Shown here in pieces: positions 1 through 11,313 of a stretch of DNA of 64,000 bases. The position numbers and the translations under genes were made by a program. The notes under the pieces were generated by a model. That model ran no database searches. It had not been told where the DNA came from and saw only the letters and a program-made list of their open reading frames with translations. Each line of letters opens with the position of its first letter. The first letter of the stretch is position 1. The DNA is from Vicinamibacterales bacterium (GTDB taxonomy: Bacteria > Acidobacteriota > Vicinamibacteria > Vicinamibacterales > JAMQPK01). Location of the stretch: assembly GCA_963784045.1 (NCBI GenBank), contig CAWAPZ010000003.1, positions 174,143 through 238,142 of the forward strand, written 5' to 3'.

Positions 1-54
1 GGTGGTCCCCATCACACTGAGGAGGATGAACGTGTCCGTGCTGCTGTCGCTCAT
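1..54 (-). CDS. Probable CheW-like coupling protein; only the first 18 codons are visible before the gene runs off the window
   Basis: Minus-strand ATG at 54..52 preceded by GGAAGGAA. Translation MSDSSTDTFILLSVMGTT. Lies 12 nt downstream of the cheA stop on the same strand. Confidence 0.3.
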   Translation of the reverse strand, partial: MSDSSTDTFILLSVMGTT

Positions 55-66
55 GATTTCCTTCCG

Positions 67-2040
67 TTACGCGGGAAGCCGACCCCATGCGGCCACGTCA
101 GGAATCACGCGCCGCGCCCGCTGGTTCGCGAGCCGCGCGAGCACCGTCGGATCGAGAATGAGCACCACACGGCCGTCGCCCAGGTCTGTCGCCCCGGATA
201 CGCCATCGACGCGCACGAGCGCATCCGCCAGCGTGCGCACGACGATTTCGCGCTGTCCGACGATGCGGTCTACAGCGATGCCCATGGCGGCGGACCCATG
301 GCCAAGGACAAAGACGTGGAGGCGACCAGTGCGCGCGGTCGAGGCGATCCCGAACAGGCGCGAGAGGCGGATGATCGGTAGCGCGCCGTCGCGATATGGG
401 ACGATTTCGTTTTCTTCGAGCTGCCGCAGGTCCGCTTCGGCGATTTCGATGACCTCGCGGACCGCCCCTTGCGGGATGGCGAACGCCTCTGCTCCGACAC
501 GGCCGATGAGTGCATCAGTAATTGCCAACGTGACAGGCAGCCGGAGGATGAATCGAGTGCCCCGCCCGCGATCCGTATCGAGCGCCATTGTGCCGGACAG
601 TTCTTCAACCATCGCCTTGACGACCGCCATTCCAACGCCACGCCCGCTCGCGCGATCGGTTTCTTCCTTGGTGGAGAAGCCCGGCGAGCACAGCAGGCCG
701 AGCACGGCCGCTGCGTCGAGCGGCCCGGACGGTACGCTCAGGCCAGCCTGCCGCGCTTTGTTGACCACAGCCTCCTCGTTCACGCCGTATCCATCGTCCG
801 CCACTTCGAGGGTCACCACGTCACCGACCGCCGCCGCGCACAGCGTGATCGTGCCTTCCGGGCTCTTGCCCTGGGCGATGCGCACATCTGGGGGCTCGAT
901 ACCGTGGCTGATGGCATTGCGCACGAGGTGAAGCACCGGATCCATCATCCGCTCGATCAGGTATTTGTCGATTTCTGTCGCCTGCCCCCGCAGCTCGAGC
1001 TTGACGCGCTTTGCGTTTTCGCGCGCGAGATCGCGCACGACAAGCGGCATCCTGCGGAATATTTCACCGACCGGAACCATGCGCACTCGCATGATGCCTT
1101 CGCGCAGCATGCGAAGCTGGCGGTCGCTGGCGAGAGCGTTTTCCTGCACCGCTCGCCACTCGGAGGGCGGCACGTGGCGCTCTACGCGACTCAAGCTGTC
1201 TGCCAGGCGCGCCCGGGCGATCACCATGTCGCCGACGATCTGCATCAGTTCATCGAGGCGCGCGAGATCGACGCGAACGACATGCGAGATCGCCGCGTTC
1301 GGCGCGCCGGCCGCAGCTGCAGGGTCCATCGTGGCGGCCCCGGGCTCAGCGGCGTGTAGCGTCTCGGCTTCAACTGTCACAGGAATGCCGCCGAGACGCT
1401 CGGCGACATCGACTTCGTCGGCCGTGATCAGCGTGAACTGAAAGCTGATCGTGGCGTCCGGAAGCACGTGCGGCGCGGCTTCGACGATGGTGCCGATCTC
1501 TTCGAGTCGCTTGCGCACAAGATCGACGCCGATGCCCGAGGCCAGCAGCTCGCGGGTGGGGACGAAACGGCATGTCCACCGGCGCCCTGCTTCCGATGTG
1601 TCGGCGAGGGCGGGTGTCGCGGCCTGGCGCTCTCCGCGGGTGCCGACCAGATTCTCGACCTTCGCGAGCATATCCTCTATTGGTGGAAGCGGCGACCCAG
1701 TCCGGTGGGCATTGATGATGTGCTCGAGGCGTCTGGTGCCCTCAATGAGGGCATCGCTGCCTGCGGTCGTGACCGTGCATGCGCCGTCGCGAACAGCGCG
1801 CAGGTAGTGCTCGAGATGATGGGCCAGTTGCTCTGCCGGCCGCAGCTCGACCATCGCCGAAATCGCCTTCAGTGTGTGGAAATAACGGAACAGTTCGTCG
1901 ACGGCGGCGCGCTCGGCAGACGGCTGGCCAATCGACTTGTCCAGCCGCATAACCGCATCCGCGGCTGCACTCAGGTGCTCTTCGGACTCCGCGAAGTAGT
2001 CATCCAGGAAGCCGTCGAAGAACGCGTCCCCAGTGGACAT
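67..2040 (-). CDS. cheA: Chemotaxis histidine kinase CheA
   Basis: 657-aa ORF. HPt motif FRYFHTLKAISAM; HATPase motifs HLVRNAISHGIE, DDGYGV and GRGVGMAVV; C-terminal CheW-like domain. Confidence 0.9.
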   Translation of the reverse strand: MSTGDAFFDGFLDDYFAESEEHLSAAADAVMRLDKSIGQPSAERAAVDELFRYFHTLKAISAMVELRPAEQLAHHLEHYLRAVRDGACTVTTAGSDALIEGTRRLEHIINAHRTGSPLPPIEDMLAKVENLVGTRGERQAATPALADTSEAGRRWTCRFVPTRELLASGIGVDLVRKRLEEIGTIVEAAPHVLPDATISFQFTLITADEVDVAERLGGIPVTVEAETLHAAEPGAATMDPAAAAGAPNAAISHVVRVDLARLDELMQIVGDMVIARARLADSLSRVERHVPPSEWRAVQENALASDRQLRMLREGIMRVRMVPVGEIFRRMPLVVRDLARENAKRVKLELRGQATEIDKYLIERMMDPVLHLVRNAISHGIEPPDVRIAQGKSPEGTITLCAAAVGDVVTLEVADDGYGVNEEAVVNKARQAGLSVPSGPLDAAAVLGLLCSPGFSTKEETDRASGRGVGMAVVKAMVEELSGTMALDTDRGRGTRFILRLPVTLAITDALIGRVGAEAFAIPQGAVREVIEIAEADLRQLEENEIVPYRDGALPIIRLSRLFGIASTARTGRLHVFVLGHGSAAMGIAVDRIVGQREIVVRTLADALVRVDGVSGATDLGDGRVVLILDPTVLARLANQRARRVIPDVAAWGRLPA

Positions 2041-2042
2041 CG

Positions 2043-2438
2043 CTACGCTTGAGGGCTCGCCTCGACAGCTGCGTCGAGAAGCTCTCTGACGGCTTGTGCG
2101 AGGGTCTGTGGCGCGAATGGCTTGGTCAGGTAGGTCGTCGCACCGGCTTCCTTCGCGGTCTGGCGACTGGTTTCGTCGCCCCGTGTGGTGAGCACGATAA
2201 TCGGCAGGCTTCTGTAGTGAGCATTCCGCCGGACGAACCTCAACACGTCGATGCCGTGCATGTCGGGCATGTTGAGGTCGAGGACGATGAGCTGAGCTCG
2301 CGTCACCGCGAGCTGCTCGATGGCCTCCAATCCTGTCGAGGCTTCGATGAATTCGGCGGACGCGATTGTCTGCAGCGAAGCTCGCACCATCTTTCGGATG
2401 GTCGGTGAATCATCGACAATCAGAATTTTATGTATCAA
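2043..2438 (-). CDS. cheY: CheY-like single-domain response regulator
   Basis: In-frame TTG at 2438 gives MIHKILIVDDSPTIRKM. Receiver residues DD, LDLNMPDMHG and TKPF are present. The longer ORF to 2558 has no receiver homology in its N-terminal extension. Confidence 0.8.
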   Translation of the reverse strand: MIHKILIVDDSPTIRKMVRASLQTIASAEFIEASTGLEAIEQLAVTRAQLIVLDLNMPDMHGIDVLRFVRRNAHYRSLPIIVLTTRGDETSRQTAKEAGATTYLTKPFAPQTLAQAVRELLDAAVEASPQA

Positions 2439-2560
2439 AAAACGACACCACTGCGCAGGCCGCACTAAGACTGTTCGACTTCGCTTCAAACTCGCGACTA
2501 GGAACCCCTTCAAGGAGCAAATGTTGTACCCCGACTGGGCAGCGCAAGGGCGGGACAAAG

Positions 2561-4360
2561 TTAACGAATCTGGCGCATCACGAGCTCGAGCACGCGATTC
2601 ACGCGCTCATCGACAGGCACACTCTCTGCCAGCGTCATTTCTGGATGTTCGGGCGGCTCGTACTGTGAGCTCGAGTCGTTCATGGTGCTCAAGTAGGTTT
2701 CCAGGAAAGGGATGTTCGGGCCATCTTCGGTGTCCATCACTTGTCGTGCCCGTTCCCGTTCAGTCCGTGCAGGCGAGGTGAAGCTGACGATGCACACTGA
2801 CCCGGCCATCGCGAACAGGCGAGCCACTTCGGCGACGCGGCGCATGTTCTCCTCGCGATCAGAGCCGGATACGCCAAGGTCGGCGCTCAACCCGGGCCGA
2901 ATATTCTCCCCGTCGAGTACGAACACCTGGATGTGCCGCTCGAAGAGCTGGCGCTCGAGGGATTTCGCGAGTGTCGTTTTTCCGCTGCCGGGAACCCCGG
3001 TGAGCCAGACAACGGCTCCGCGATGGCCATGCCGCAGATGACGCTCGCCGCGCGCAACCTGGGAGACGTCGGCGTTGACGCCCGCCTCCGCGACCATGTT
3101 CGCCGCGGCGAACCGCTCCGGCACGTCGACCACGATGCCGCCGCCAGCCACGTCGAATCCATCGACCAGCACGAGCCGGCCGAGTGTGGGGACCCGCTCG
3201 AACAAGTCGATCGCCACGGGACGCCGTGTATGGATGATCACCTTTGCCGCGTCGTTCGTACGGACGGAATCGGCCCCAGGGATGGTCTGCACAGTCGAGG
3301 CATCGACGACTTCTTCAAGGGTCTTGATCTCGCATTCGACTTCCTGAGTCACAAGCTTCAGCTTGTAGCGCTTGCCGGCTGCCAGCGGCGTGCGGCCGAG
3401 CCAGAAGATACGCGCCGTAAACTCTGTCGCGAGACTGGGGGCATCGTCCGCTTGGACGGCCACCGAGCCTCGCTCGACGAACAGCTGATCCGAGAGTGTC
3501 ACTCCTGCAGGATCGCCGGCCGTCAGTGACTCGACCTGGGGCGAGTTCCAGCGCTCGATCGATCGCACGACGCTGGTGCGGCCCGACGGAAGAAACAGCA
3601 GTTGGTCGCCGGTCCGTAACGTCCCTGCTTCAATTCGTCCGGCGAGGATACGGCGGTGATCGAAACGGTAAACATCCTGGATGGGGAACCGCAGCGGCTG
3701 ATTCGTGATTTCCGCCGCGTCAGGGATCGAGTCGAGGGCTTCGAGCACGGCCGGGCCGTTGAACCAATTGAGGTTCTCTCCCCGCGCGGCGATGTTGTCG
3801 CCCTGGCGGGCCGACACGGGAATGAAGACCTGCGCCTCGACGCCGATGGTCGAAAGAAAGGCGCGATATTCGCTGGACACCCGCTCGAATACGTTCTGCG
3901 AATAATCGACCAGGTCCATCTTGTTGACGACGATGACGACTTGTCTGACGCCGATCAGGCGCAGCAGGTATCCGTGACGCCGCGTCTGCTCCTGCACGCC
4001 TTCTGACGCGTCGATGATGATCAGCGCGGCATCGGCGCGAGCCGCGCCGGTCACCATGTTCTTGACGAATTCCTTGTGGCCCGGCGCGTCGATGATGACG
4101 TACTCGCGCTTGGGTGTGCGGAACCAGATCTGGCTCGTATCGATGGTGATGTTCTGGTCGCGCTCGGCCTGGAGCGCGTCCATGAGGTTGGCGAACTCGA
4201 ACGGCACGCCGCGCCGCTGCGCGATGGCGACGAGCTGTTCGTACTTGCCCGCGGGCAGCGAGCCGGTGTCGTAGAACAGCCGGCCGATGAGCGTGGATTT
4301 GCCGTGGTCGACGTGTCCTACGACGACAAGTCTGAGTTGGTTCCGCGCGTAGGCCATCAC
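2561..4360 (-). CDS. cysNC: Bifunctional sulfate adenylyltransferase subunit 1 / adenylylsulfate kinase (CysN-CysC fusion)
   Basis: GTPase motifs [14 protein letters not shown] and NKMD. C-terminal APS-kinase P-loop GVPGSGKTT. 4-nt overlap with cysD. Confidence 0.9.
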   Translation of the reverse strand: MMAYARNQLRLVVVGHVDHGKSTLIGRLFYDTGSLPAGKYEQLVAIAQRRGVPFEFANLMDALQAERDQNITIDTSQIWFRTPKREYVIIDAPGHKEFVKNMVTGAARADAALIIIDASEGVQEQTRRHGYLLRLIGVRQVVIVVNKMDLVDYSQNVFERVSSEYRAFLSTIGVEAQVFIPVSARQGDNIAARGENLNWFNGPAVLEALDSIPDAAEITNQPLRFPIQDVYRFDHRRILAGRIEAGTLRTGDQLLFLPSGRTSVVRSIERWNSPQVESLTAGDPAGVTLSDQLFVERGSVAVQADDAPSLATEFTARIFWLGRTPLAAGKRYKLKLVTQEVECEIKTLEEVVDASTVQTIPGADSVRTNDAAKVIIHTRRPVAIDLFERVPTLGRLVLVDGFDVAGGGIVVDVPERFAAANMVAEAGVNADVSQVARGERHLRHGHRGAVVWLTGVPGSGKTTLAKSLERQLFERHIQVFVLDGENIRPGLSADLGVSGSDREENMRRVAEVARLFAMAGSVCIVSFTSPARTERERARQVMDTEDGPNIPFLETYLSTMNDSSSQYEPPEHPEMTLAESVPVDERVNRVLELVMRQIR

Positions 4361-5175
4361 ATGTAGCCGTCGCGCCTGAGCTTCTCAAACGCGTCTTCGC
4401 TCTCCTGATCCTGTGCGCGCCCCGCGCGCTCGGGAACATTGGTTCCCTTCAACTCGCTGACGATCTCGGCGACGGTCCTGGCGGTCGACTGAATCGATCC
4501 CGTGCACGGCGCACAGCCGAGCGAGCGGTACCGATGTCCCGTTCCGTCGTCAAAATACAGCGGGATGACGGGAATCTTCTCGCGCTCGATGTACTCCCAG
4601 ACGTTCAGCTCGGTCCAGTGCAGGAGCGGGTGAATACGAATGTGCGTACCCGGGGCAAAATCGGTCTTGAACTGATTCCAGAATTCCGGCGGCTGATCCG
4701 ACGCGTTCCACTCCATGTTGGCGTTCCGCGGGGAGAAATAGCGCTCCTTAGCTCGCGTCGGGTCTTCGTCGCGCCGCACGCCGACGATGATGCCGGTATA
4801 GCCGTAGTGCTCGATGACCTGCTGCAGGCCGTCTTTCTTGAGCATGCCGCAGCATTCCACGCGCGTCGCACGCCCGTTCGGGTACGTGTTGCCGGCTTCG
4901 AGCACCGCTTTGTTCATGCCGACCACGAGCTGGAGGTTCCACTCGCGGACGAGACGGTCGCGATACTCGATCATCGACGGGATTTTGTAACTCGTGTCGA
5001 TGTGAACGAGAGGAAACGGCACGTGCCCGAAAAATGCCTTCCGCGCCAGCCACAGCAGGGCCGTCGAATCCTTGCCGATGCTCCAAAGCATCGCCATGTT
5101 GTCGAACTTGGCGAAGGCTTCGCGCATGATGAAAATCGATTCGCTCTCGAGAGCGTCCAGGTGATCGTGCTGCAT
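4357..5175 (-). CDS. cysD: Sulfate adenylyltransferase subunit 2
   Basis: 272 aa. PAPS-reductase-fold motif [12 protein letters not shown]. Typical CysD length, and coupled to cysN. Confidence 0.92.
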   Translation of the reverse strand: MQHDHLDALESESIFIMREAFAKFDNMAMLWSIGKDSTALLWLARKAFFGHVPFPLVHIDTSYKIPSMIEYRDRLVREWNLQLVVGMNKAVLEAGNTYPNGRATRVECCGMLKKDGLQQVIEHYGYTGIIVGVRRDEDPTRAKERYFSPRNANMEWNASDQPPEFWNQFKTDFAPGTHIRIHPLLHWTELNVWEYIEREKIPVIPLYFDDGTGHRYRSLGCAPCTGSIQSTARTVAEIVSELKGTNVPERAGRAQDQESEDAFEKLRRDGYM

Positions 5176-5287
5176 GTGTCTGGGTAAAACGCGTGTGCCG
5201 AACCTTTCTATTCTATCGGGTTGTTGAAGATCCCGCCAGCGTGCGCTAACATTTCATGTTTACGGATTTGCAAGAATTCCCCACAGG

Positions 5288-8254
5288 ATGCCCCAATCAC
5301 CGGTCGCGACAACGATCAGAGGCGCCACCGACATCGTCGTTCGCGGTGCGCGCACCCACAATTTAAAGAACATCGACCTCGCGCTGCCGCTGGGCCAGCT
5401 GATTATCGTCACCGGCGTGAGCGGCTCGGGAAAGTCATCGCTCGCCTTCGATACCATTTACGCCGAGGGTCAGCGCCGCTACGTCAGCTCGCTGTCGGCC
5501 TACGCGCGGCAGTTCCTCGAACGGATGGAAAAGCCGGACGTCGATCGCATCGAAGGCATTTGCCCGGCGATCGCCATTCGTCAGAAGAACAGCATCCGCA
5601 ATCCGCGTTCGACCGTCGGCACGACCACGGAGATACACGACTATCTCCGGTTGCTCTTCGCCAGAGTCGGCCGGACGCTCTGCCGCCAGTGCGGCCAGGA
5701 GGTCGTACGCGACACGGCCGAAGTCGTCGCACGCCATCTTGGAAGCCTGGCAGGCGGTACCCGGCTGCTCATCGGCTTCGACATGCCCGTGATGGATCCC
5801 GGGGGTGTCCATGAGGGTACTGACGCCGAACCTGAGGAGGAGGATCCCGAATCTGCAGGGACTAGGGACTTGGGATTGGGGATGAGGAATACCGCTCCCA
5901 CGCAGGCTTCGCTGACATTCACGCTCAACGAGCTTCGCAGGAAAGGGTTTCACCGGCTCTACGTCAACGGACGAACGGTGATGGTCGACGACATCAGCCC
6001 GGCCGAGCTGCGCGATCAGTCGACGCTGAAAGTGATCGTCGACCGCATCAAGCTCGAAGGCGATATGCGCGGACGGCTGACCGATTCGGTCGAGCTGGCG
6101 TACCGCGAAGCCGGCGGGACGGCGTTCGCCATCGAAGATCCAGCGGGCTCGCCCGCCGAGGCGCCCCGCGCGAAGGCGGATGCGAAGACGCACGTGTTCA
6201 GCGAGCGGTTCGAGTGTCAGAACTGCAATCTCACCTACGAGGCGCCGCAGCCGCGTCTCTTCTCGTTCAACAACCCCTTCGGAGCGTGCCAGACCTGTCA
6301 CGGGTTCGGCAACATTATCGAGCTCGACCTCGACCTGGTCGTGCCCGATCCATCCAAATCGATCGCGCAAGGTGCGATTGAGCCGTGGACGAAGACGCAC
6401 TATCGCGCCCAACTGGCCGAGCTCAAGCGAGCCGCCAGGCCGGCGGGCGTGTCGATGGACATTCCCTGGCGGGAGCTGAACGACGAAGAGAAGCGCTTCA
6501 TCGTCGAGGGCGACGGGAAAGATTACGATGGCATTCGCGGCTTCTTTCGGTGGCTCGAGCGCAAGAAATACAAAGTCCACGTTCGCGTCTTCCTGAGCCG
6601 GTACCGAGGGTATCTCACGTGCCCTGATTGCGGTGGCGCGCGGTTGCGGCGCGAGGCGCGGGACGTGAAAGTCGGCGGCCGCACGATCGATCAGGTGTCC
6701 TCCGATACTGTGCGCGAGGCGCAGCAATTTCTCGAGGCATTGCGGCTCACGGAGAAAGAAGCGGCGATTGGCGAGAAAGTACTGAAGGAAATTCAGAAGC
6801 GGCTCAAGTTTCTCAGCGACGTGGGCCTGGACTACCTGACGCTCGACCGCCTGTCGTCGACGCTGTCTGGAGGAGAATCGCAGCGGATCAATCTGGCCAC
6901 GTCGCTCGGCTCGTCGCTCGTGGATACCTTATATGTACTCGACGAGCCGTCGATCGGCCTGCACTCGCGAGACAATCTGCGCCTCATCAACATCCTTCGC
7001 CAGCTGCGCGATCAGGGAAATACCGTGCTCGTCGTCGAACACGATGAAGACATGATTCGCGTCGGCGACACGATCGTCGATCTCGGCCTCGGCGCCGGCG
7101 AGCAGGGCGGCCGGGTGGTGTTCGCGGGAACGCTCGCGAACCTTCTGCAGGATCAGCGATCGCTGACCGCTAAATACCTCCGCGGCGATCTTGCGATTCC
7201 GGTGCCGTCGACGCGGCGGCGCGGAAGCGGGCAGAAGATCCGGCTGCTTGGCGCGACCGAGCATAACCTGAAGAACGTCGACGTCGAGATCCCGCTGAAC
7301 ACGCTGACGTGCATCACCGGCGTCAGCGGATCGGGCAAGTCGACGCTTGTCCACAACGTGCTGTATTCCGCGGTCAAACGCGCAAAGGGCGGGTCGGAGA
7401 AGCGCGTCGGAGCGTTCCGCAAGCTCGAAGGCGCCGAGTTCGTCAGCGACGTGGTGCTCGTCGATCAGACGCCGATCGGCCGGACGCCGCGATCGAATCC
7501 GGTGACGTACTTGAAGGCGTTCGATCCAATCCGCGAGATTTTCGCCGCCACGAAGGACGCCAAATCGCGCGGTCTGACGGCGAGCCATTTTTCCTTCAAC
7601 GTGCCCGGCGGACGCTGCGAGGCATGCCAGGGCGAAGGGGAAGTACGCGTCGAGATGCAGTTTCTGGCGGACGTGTTTGTGCCGTGCGATCAGTGCGACG
7701 GCCGGCGCTTCAAGCCGCAGGTGCTGGAAGTGAAATATCGCGCCAAGAACGTCAACCAGGTACTGGACCTCACCGTTCGGGAAGCGTTGACGTTCTTCAG
7801 CACGTCGCCAAAGGTGCTGCGCCGCCTGCAAGTACTCGACGAAATCGGGCTGGGCTACCTGCGGCTGGGGCAGCCCGCAACGACGCTGTCGGGCGGCGAG
7901 GCGCAGCGCATCAAGATTGCGTCTCATCTATCGTCGAGATCCGGCGACCGGATTCTCTACGTGCTCGACGAGCCAACAACGGGTCTGCACTTCGATGACA
8001 TCGCGAAGCTGCTCACGGCATTCAAGAAGCTCATCGAAGCCGGACACACGCTGGTGGTCATTGAGCACAACCTCGACGTGCTGAAGACGGCCGACTACAT
8101 CATTGATCTCGGGCCGGAGGGAGGCCATGAAGGGGGCAAGGTCGTCGCGACCGGTACGCCGGAGCAGATCGCCAAAGCCCCAGGCTCTCACACGGGCGAG
8201 TTTCTCGCGCCCGTTCTCGCCGTGGGACGGTCTCACGCCTATGCGCTTGAATAA
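5288..8254 (+). CDS. uvrA: Excinuclease ABC subunit A
   Basis: 988 aa. Two ABC modules (GVSGSGKSSLAFDT, GVSGSGKSTLV), LSGGE signatures, and Cys4 zinc modules (CQNC..CQTCHG, CPDCGG, CEACQGEG..CDQCDG). Confidence 0.95.
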   Translation: MPQSPVATTIRGATDIVVRGARTHNLKNIDLALPLGQLIIVTGVSGSGKSSLAFDTIYAEGQRRYVSSLSAYARQFLERMEKPDVDRIEGICPAIAIRQKNSIRNPRSTVGTTTEIHDYLRLLFARVGRTLCRQCGQEVVRDTAEVVARHLGSLAGGTRLLIGFDMPVMDPGGVHEGTDAEPEEEDPESAGTRDLGLGMRNTAPTQASLTFTLNELRRKGFHRLYVNGRTVMVDDISPAELRDQSTLKVIVDRIKLEGDMRGRLTDSVELAYREAGGTAFAIEDPAGSPAEAPRAKADAKTHVFSERFECQNCNLTYEAPQPRLFSFNNPFGACQTCHGFGNIIELDLDLVVPDPSKSIAQGAIEPWTKTHYRAQLAELKRAARPAGVSMDIPWRELNDEEKRFIVEGDGKDYDGIRGFFRWLERKKYKVHVRVFLSRYRGYLTCPDCGGARLRREARDVKVGGRTIDQVSSDTVREAQQFLEALRLTEKEAAIGEKVLKEIQKRLKFLSDVGLDYLTLDRLSSTLSGGESQRINLATSLGSSLVDTLYVLDEPSIGLHSRDNLRLINILRQLRDQGNTVLVVEHDEDMIRVGDTIVDLGLGAGEQGGRVVFAGTLANLLQDQRSLTAKYLRGDLAIPVPSTRRRGSGQKIRLLGATEHNLKNVDVEIPLNTLTCITGVSGSGKSTLVHNVLYSAVKRAKGGSEKRVGAFRKLEGAEFVSDVVLVDQTPIGRTPRSNPVTYLKAFDPIREIFAATKDAKSRGLTASHFSFNVPGGRCEACQGEGEVRVEMQFLADVFVPCDQCDGRRFKPQVLEVKYRAKNVNQVLDLTVREALTFFSTSPKVLRRLQVLDEIGLGYLRLGQPATTLSGGEAQRIKIASHLSSRSGDRILYVLDEPTTGLHFDDIAKLLTAFKKLIEAGHTLVVIEHNLDVLKTADYIIDLGPEGGHEGGKVVATGTPEQIAKAPGSHTGEFLAPVLAVGRSHAYALE
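5858..5890. repeat. 7-bp tandem array inside uvrA: GGGACTA GGGACTT GGGATTG GGGATGA GGAAT
   Basis: Read directly. Period 7. Four G-runs of at least 3 with 3-4 nt loops on the mRNA strand. Encodes TRDLGLGMRN. Confidence 0.85.
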
Positions 8255-8260
8255 AACACA

Positions 8261-8290
8261 GGGACTAGGGATTCGCGATTGGGGATTCGC
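8261..8290. repeat. 7-bp tandem array: GGGACTA GGGATTC GCGATTG GGGATTC
   Basis: Read directly. Lies in the uvrA / HEAT-gene spacer. Confidence 0.8.
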
Positions 8291-8297
8291 ACGGGCG

Positions 8298-9464
8298 ATG
8301 GCGAACGCTGCCGTGTGCGTACCGGTGATGTACGTCGTGCTGGGCTTCAGCCCAGCCGTGATCGCACAGCAGTACACCTTCGAGGAGGTCGCCGCCGGTC
8401 TGAAGCATCAGGATGCCGGTATTCGGCTCAGGACGATTCAGATACTGAAGGACGCCGACTACGCGGAAGCCACCGCTCCGATCGGCACCGCGCTCACCGA
8501 CGTAGACGATCGCGTCCAGCTCGCGGCCATAGACGCCGAACGATCCCTGTTTACGACCCGCGTGGTTCCGCGCAAGAAGAAAGTCGCCCTGATCGTGGAA
8601 GTCAGAACCGTAGCGGGCGGGGACGCTGCCGCGACAGGACAGCTCGCGCTGAAGGCGCGGAGAGTGCCTCCGGAGTTGTTGTCGGGTCTTGCCGTCGCGC
8701 TTCGTGACAACAACGCTCACGTTCGAGCCGAAGCCCTCAGCCTCGCTGCGCTCCTGGGGCCGGTTAGCTGCGCACCAGATGTCCAGCGTGCTTCCGATTC
8801 GAGCGCGTGTGACGGCATCGGCAATGGCCTGATCGACGGCATCAACTCGCGCGATCCGGTGCTGCGCCGAGCTGCGATGGAGGCAATCGGACAAGTACGC
8901 TACGCGAATGCGGTTCAGGCCCTGTCGGATCAGCTGAGCTACCACCAAAAGGGTCCCGACGCCCTGGCAGCCCTCGAGGGGCTGTCGGCGATCGGACATG
9001 CGACCTCCGTGTCGATTTTCGAGAATCAGTTGAAGAGCTCGAACGCCGACATGCGGCGGCTTGCCGTCGCCGGGTTGGCGCGCGCCGGATATCGCGAGGC
9101 GCTCGGGACAATCCAGGACATGGGACAGACGGAACACAACGACGGCGTATTGCTGGCGATGCACTACGCGAACGTCAAGCTCGGTGCTATTGACGCGAGC
9201 CTGCAGCAGCTCGTGGTATCCCTGGGCATTCCAGCGCTCCGCCCGCTGGCGTTGGCATACCTGCTGGACCTGTCGACGTCGCACGCTCAAGGCCTGGCGG
9301 CCTCGCTCACGAATCCCAGCGCGGACATCCGGCGCCTGGTCGCCGACATTCTCGGGTTCTCGCGAAACGCCAACGTGATTATCCAGCTCGGGGCGGCGGC
9401 ACAAGAGTCCGATCCCGATGTCGCCGGCGCCGCACAGCAGGCGATCGCGCGGCTCCATCTGTAG
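8298..9464 (+). CDS. HEAT/PBS-lyase-like repeat protein with an N-terminal signal-like hydrophobic segment
   Basis: Repeated roughly 30-aa units of the D..VR..A..AL type. ATG at 8298 gives MANAAVCVPVMYVVLGFSPAVIAQQ. An alternative ATG at 8241 would overlap the uvrA stop and translate a heptamer array. Confidence 0.65.
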   Translation: MANAAVCVPVMYVVLGFSPAVIAQQYTFEEVAAGLKHQDAGIRLRTIQILKDADYAEATAPIGTALTDVDDRVQLAAIDAERSLFTTRVVPRKKKVALIVEVRTVAGGDAAATGQLALKARRVPPELLSGLAVALRDNNAHVRAEALSLAALLGPVSCAPDVQRASDSSACDGIGNGLIDGINSRDPVLRRAAMEAIGQVRYANAVQALSDQLSYHQKGPDALAALEGLSAIGHATSVSIFENQLKSSNADMRRLAVAGLARAGYREALGTIQDMGQTEHNDGVLLAMHYANVKLGAIDASLQQLVVSLGIPALRPLALAYLLDLSTSHAQGLAASLTNPSADIRRLVADILGFSRNANVIIQLGAAAQESDPDVAGAAQQAIARLHL

Positions 9465-10089
9465 TGCCGCTACCGCGTGCGTTTTACGCGCGGCCGACCC
9501 TGGTCGTTGCGGGCGACCTGATCGGGAAAGTCCTCGTGCACCGCTCGCGCGCGGGCGTCACGTCGGGCATCATCGTCGAAGTCGAGGCGTACATCGGCGA
9601 ATCCGATCCCGCGTGCCACGCCGCTCCAGGTCCGACCACGCGGAATGCGCCGATGTACGGCCCACCGGGGCACGCGTACGTGTATTTGAACTACGGTGTC
9701 CATCCTCTGGTGAACGTCGTGACAGAGCCCGAACGCTCACCCGCGGCGGTGTTGATCCGCGCGCTCGAGCCGCTCGAAGGGCTTGCATTGATGCGCAGGC
9801 GCCGCATGCGGCCGCGAACAGCCCGCCGGAGAAAGCCTGCCCCGATTCCTGATCACGCGCTCTGCCGCGGGCCTGGCAATCTGACACACGCGATGGGGAT
9901 TACGCTGAAAGATACCGGAATCGATCTGCTCGGAGAGAAACTCTATATCGAAGATCGCGGGCAACGAGTCGAGACGATTGGATGGAGCACCCGAATCGGC
10001 ATCAATGTGGCGACCGAACGCGAGTGGCGCTGCTACGCCAGCGGCCACCCATCGGTATCCGGCTCACGGAATTTGTCACCGTGTTCTTC

Positions 10090-10093
<4 letters not shown>
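9464..10093 (+). CDS. mpg: DNA-3-methyladenine glycosylase (AAG/Mpg family)
   Basis: Motifs LIGKVL, VEVEAYIG..DPACHA and GPPGHAYVYLNYG. The GTG start overlaps the upstream TAG by 1 nt. Confidence 0.85.
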
Positions 10094-11250
<1,157 letters not shown>

Positions 11251-11275
11251 CGAAGGTTTTTCATCGTAGCATGGT

Positions 11276-11305
11276 TTGACGCGCCTTCGGCAAGTTGGCT
11301 ACGAT
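11276..11305 (+). promoter_or_regulatory. Candidate promoter of efp giving a near-leaderless mRNA
   Basis: TTGACG, 18-nt spacer, TACGAT. The ATG is 8 nt after the -10 box and there is no SD. Confidence 0.3.
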
Positions 11306-11313
11306 CGGCGGTT

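Noticed and set aside
2-931. Long ORFs antisense to or overlapping recognised genes. Examples: 2-931 (+), 5435-6727 (-), 6929-7927 (-), 8265-9458 (-), 15950-17575 (-), 29521-30501 (-), 32951-34165 (-), 41818-43299 (-), 53301-54515 (-), 60204-61526 (+) and 62049-63857 (-).
   Set aside because: Each lies opposite a gene with unmistakable conserved motifs (cheA, uvrA, uvrC, dnaK, mrcA and others). Their translations are Arg/Ala/Pro-rich low-complexity sequence, typical of stop-codon-poor frames in GC-rich DNA.
5176-5287. LexA/SOS box or Cys-regulon operator in the divergent cysD-uvrA spacer
   Set aside because: No CTGT-N8-ACAG or GAAC-N4-GTTC type palindrome is present. There is only a short TTCTATTCTAT direct repeat, which is insufficient evidence.
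8103-8297. N-terminal extensions of the HEAT-repeat ORF (starts at 8103 or 8241)
   Set aside because: The 8103 start lies inside uvrA. The 8241 start would translate the heptamer array (MRLNKTQGLGIRDWGF). ATG 8298 gives a clean signal-like N-terminus. The 8241 start cannot be excluded.
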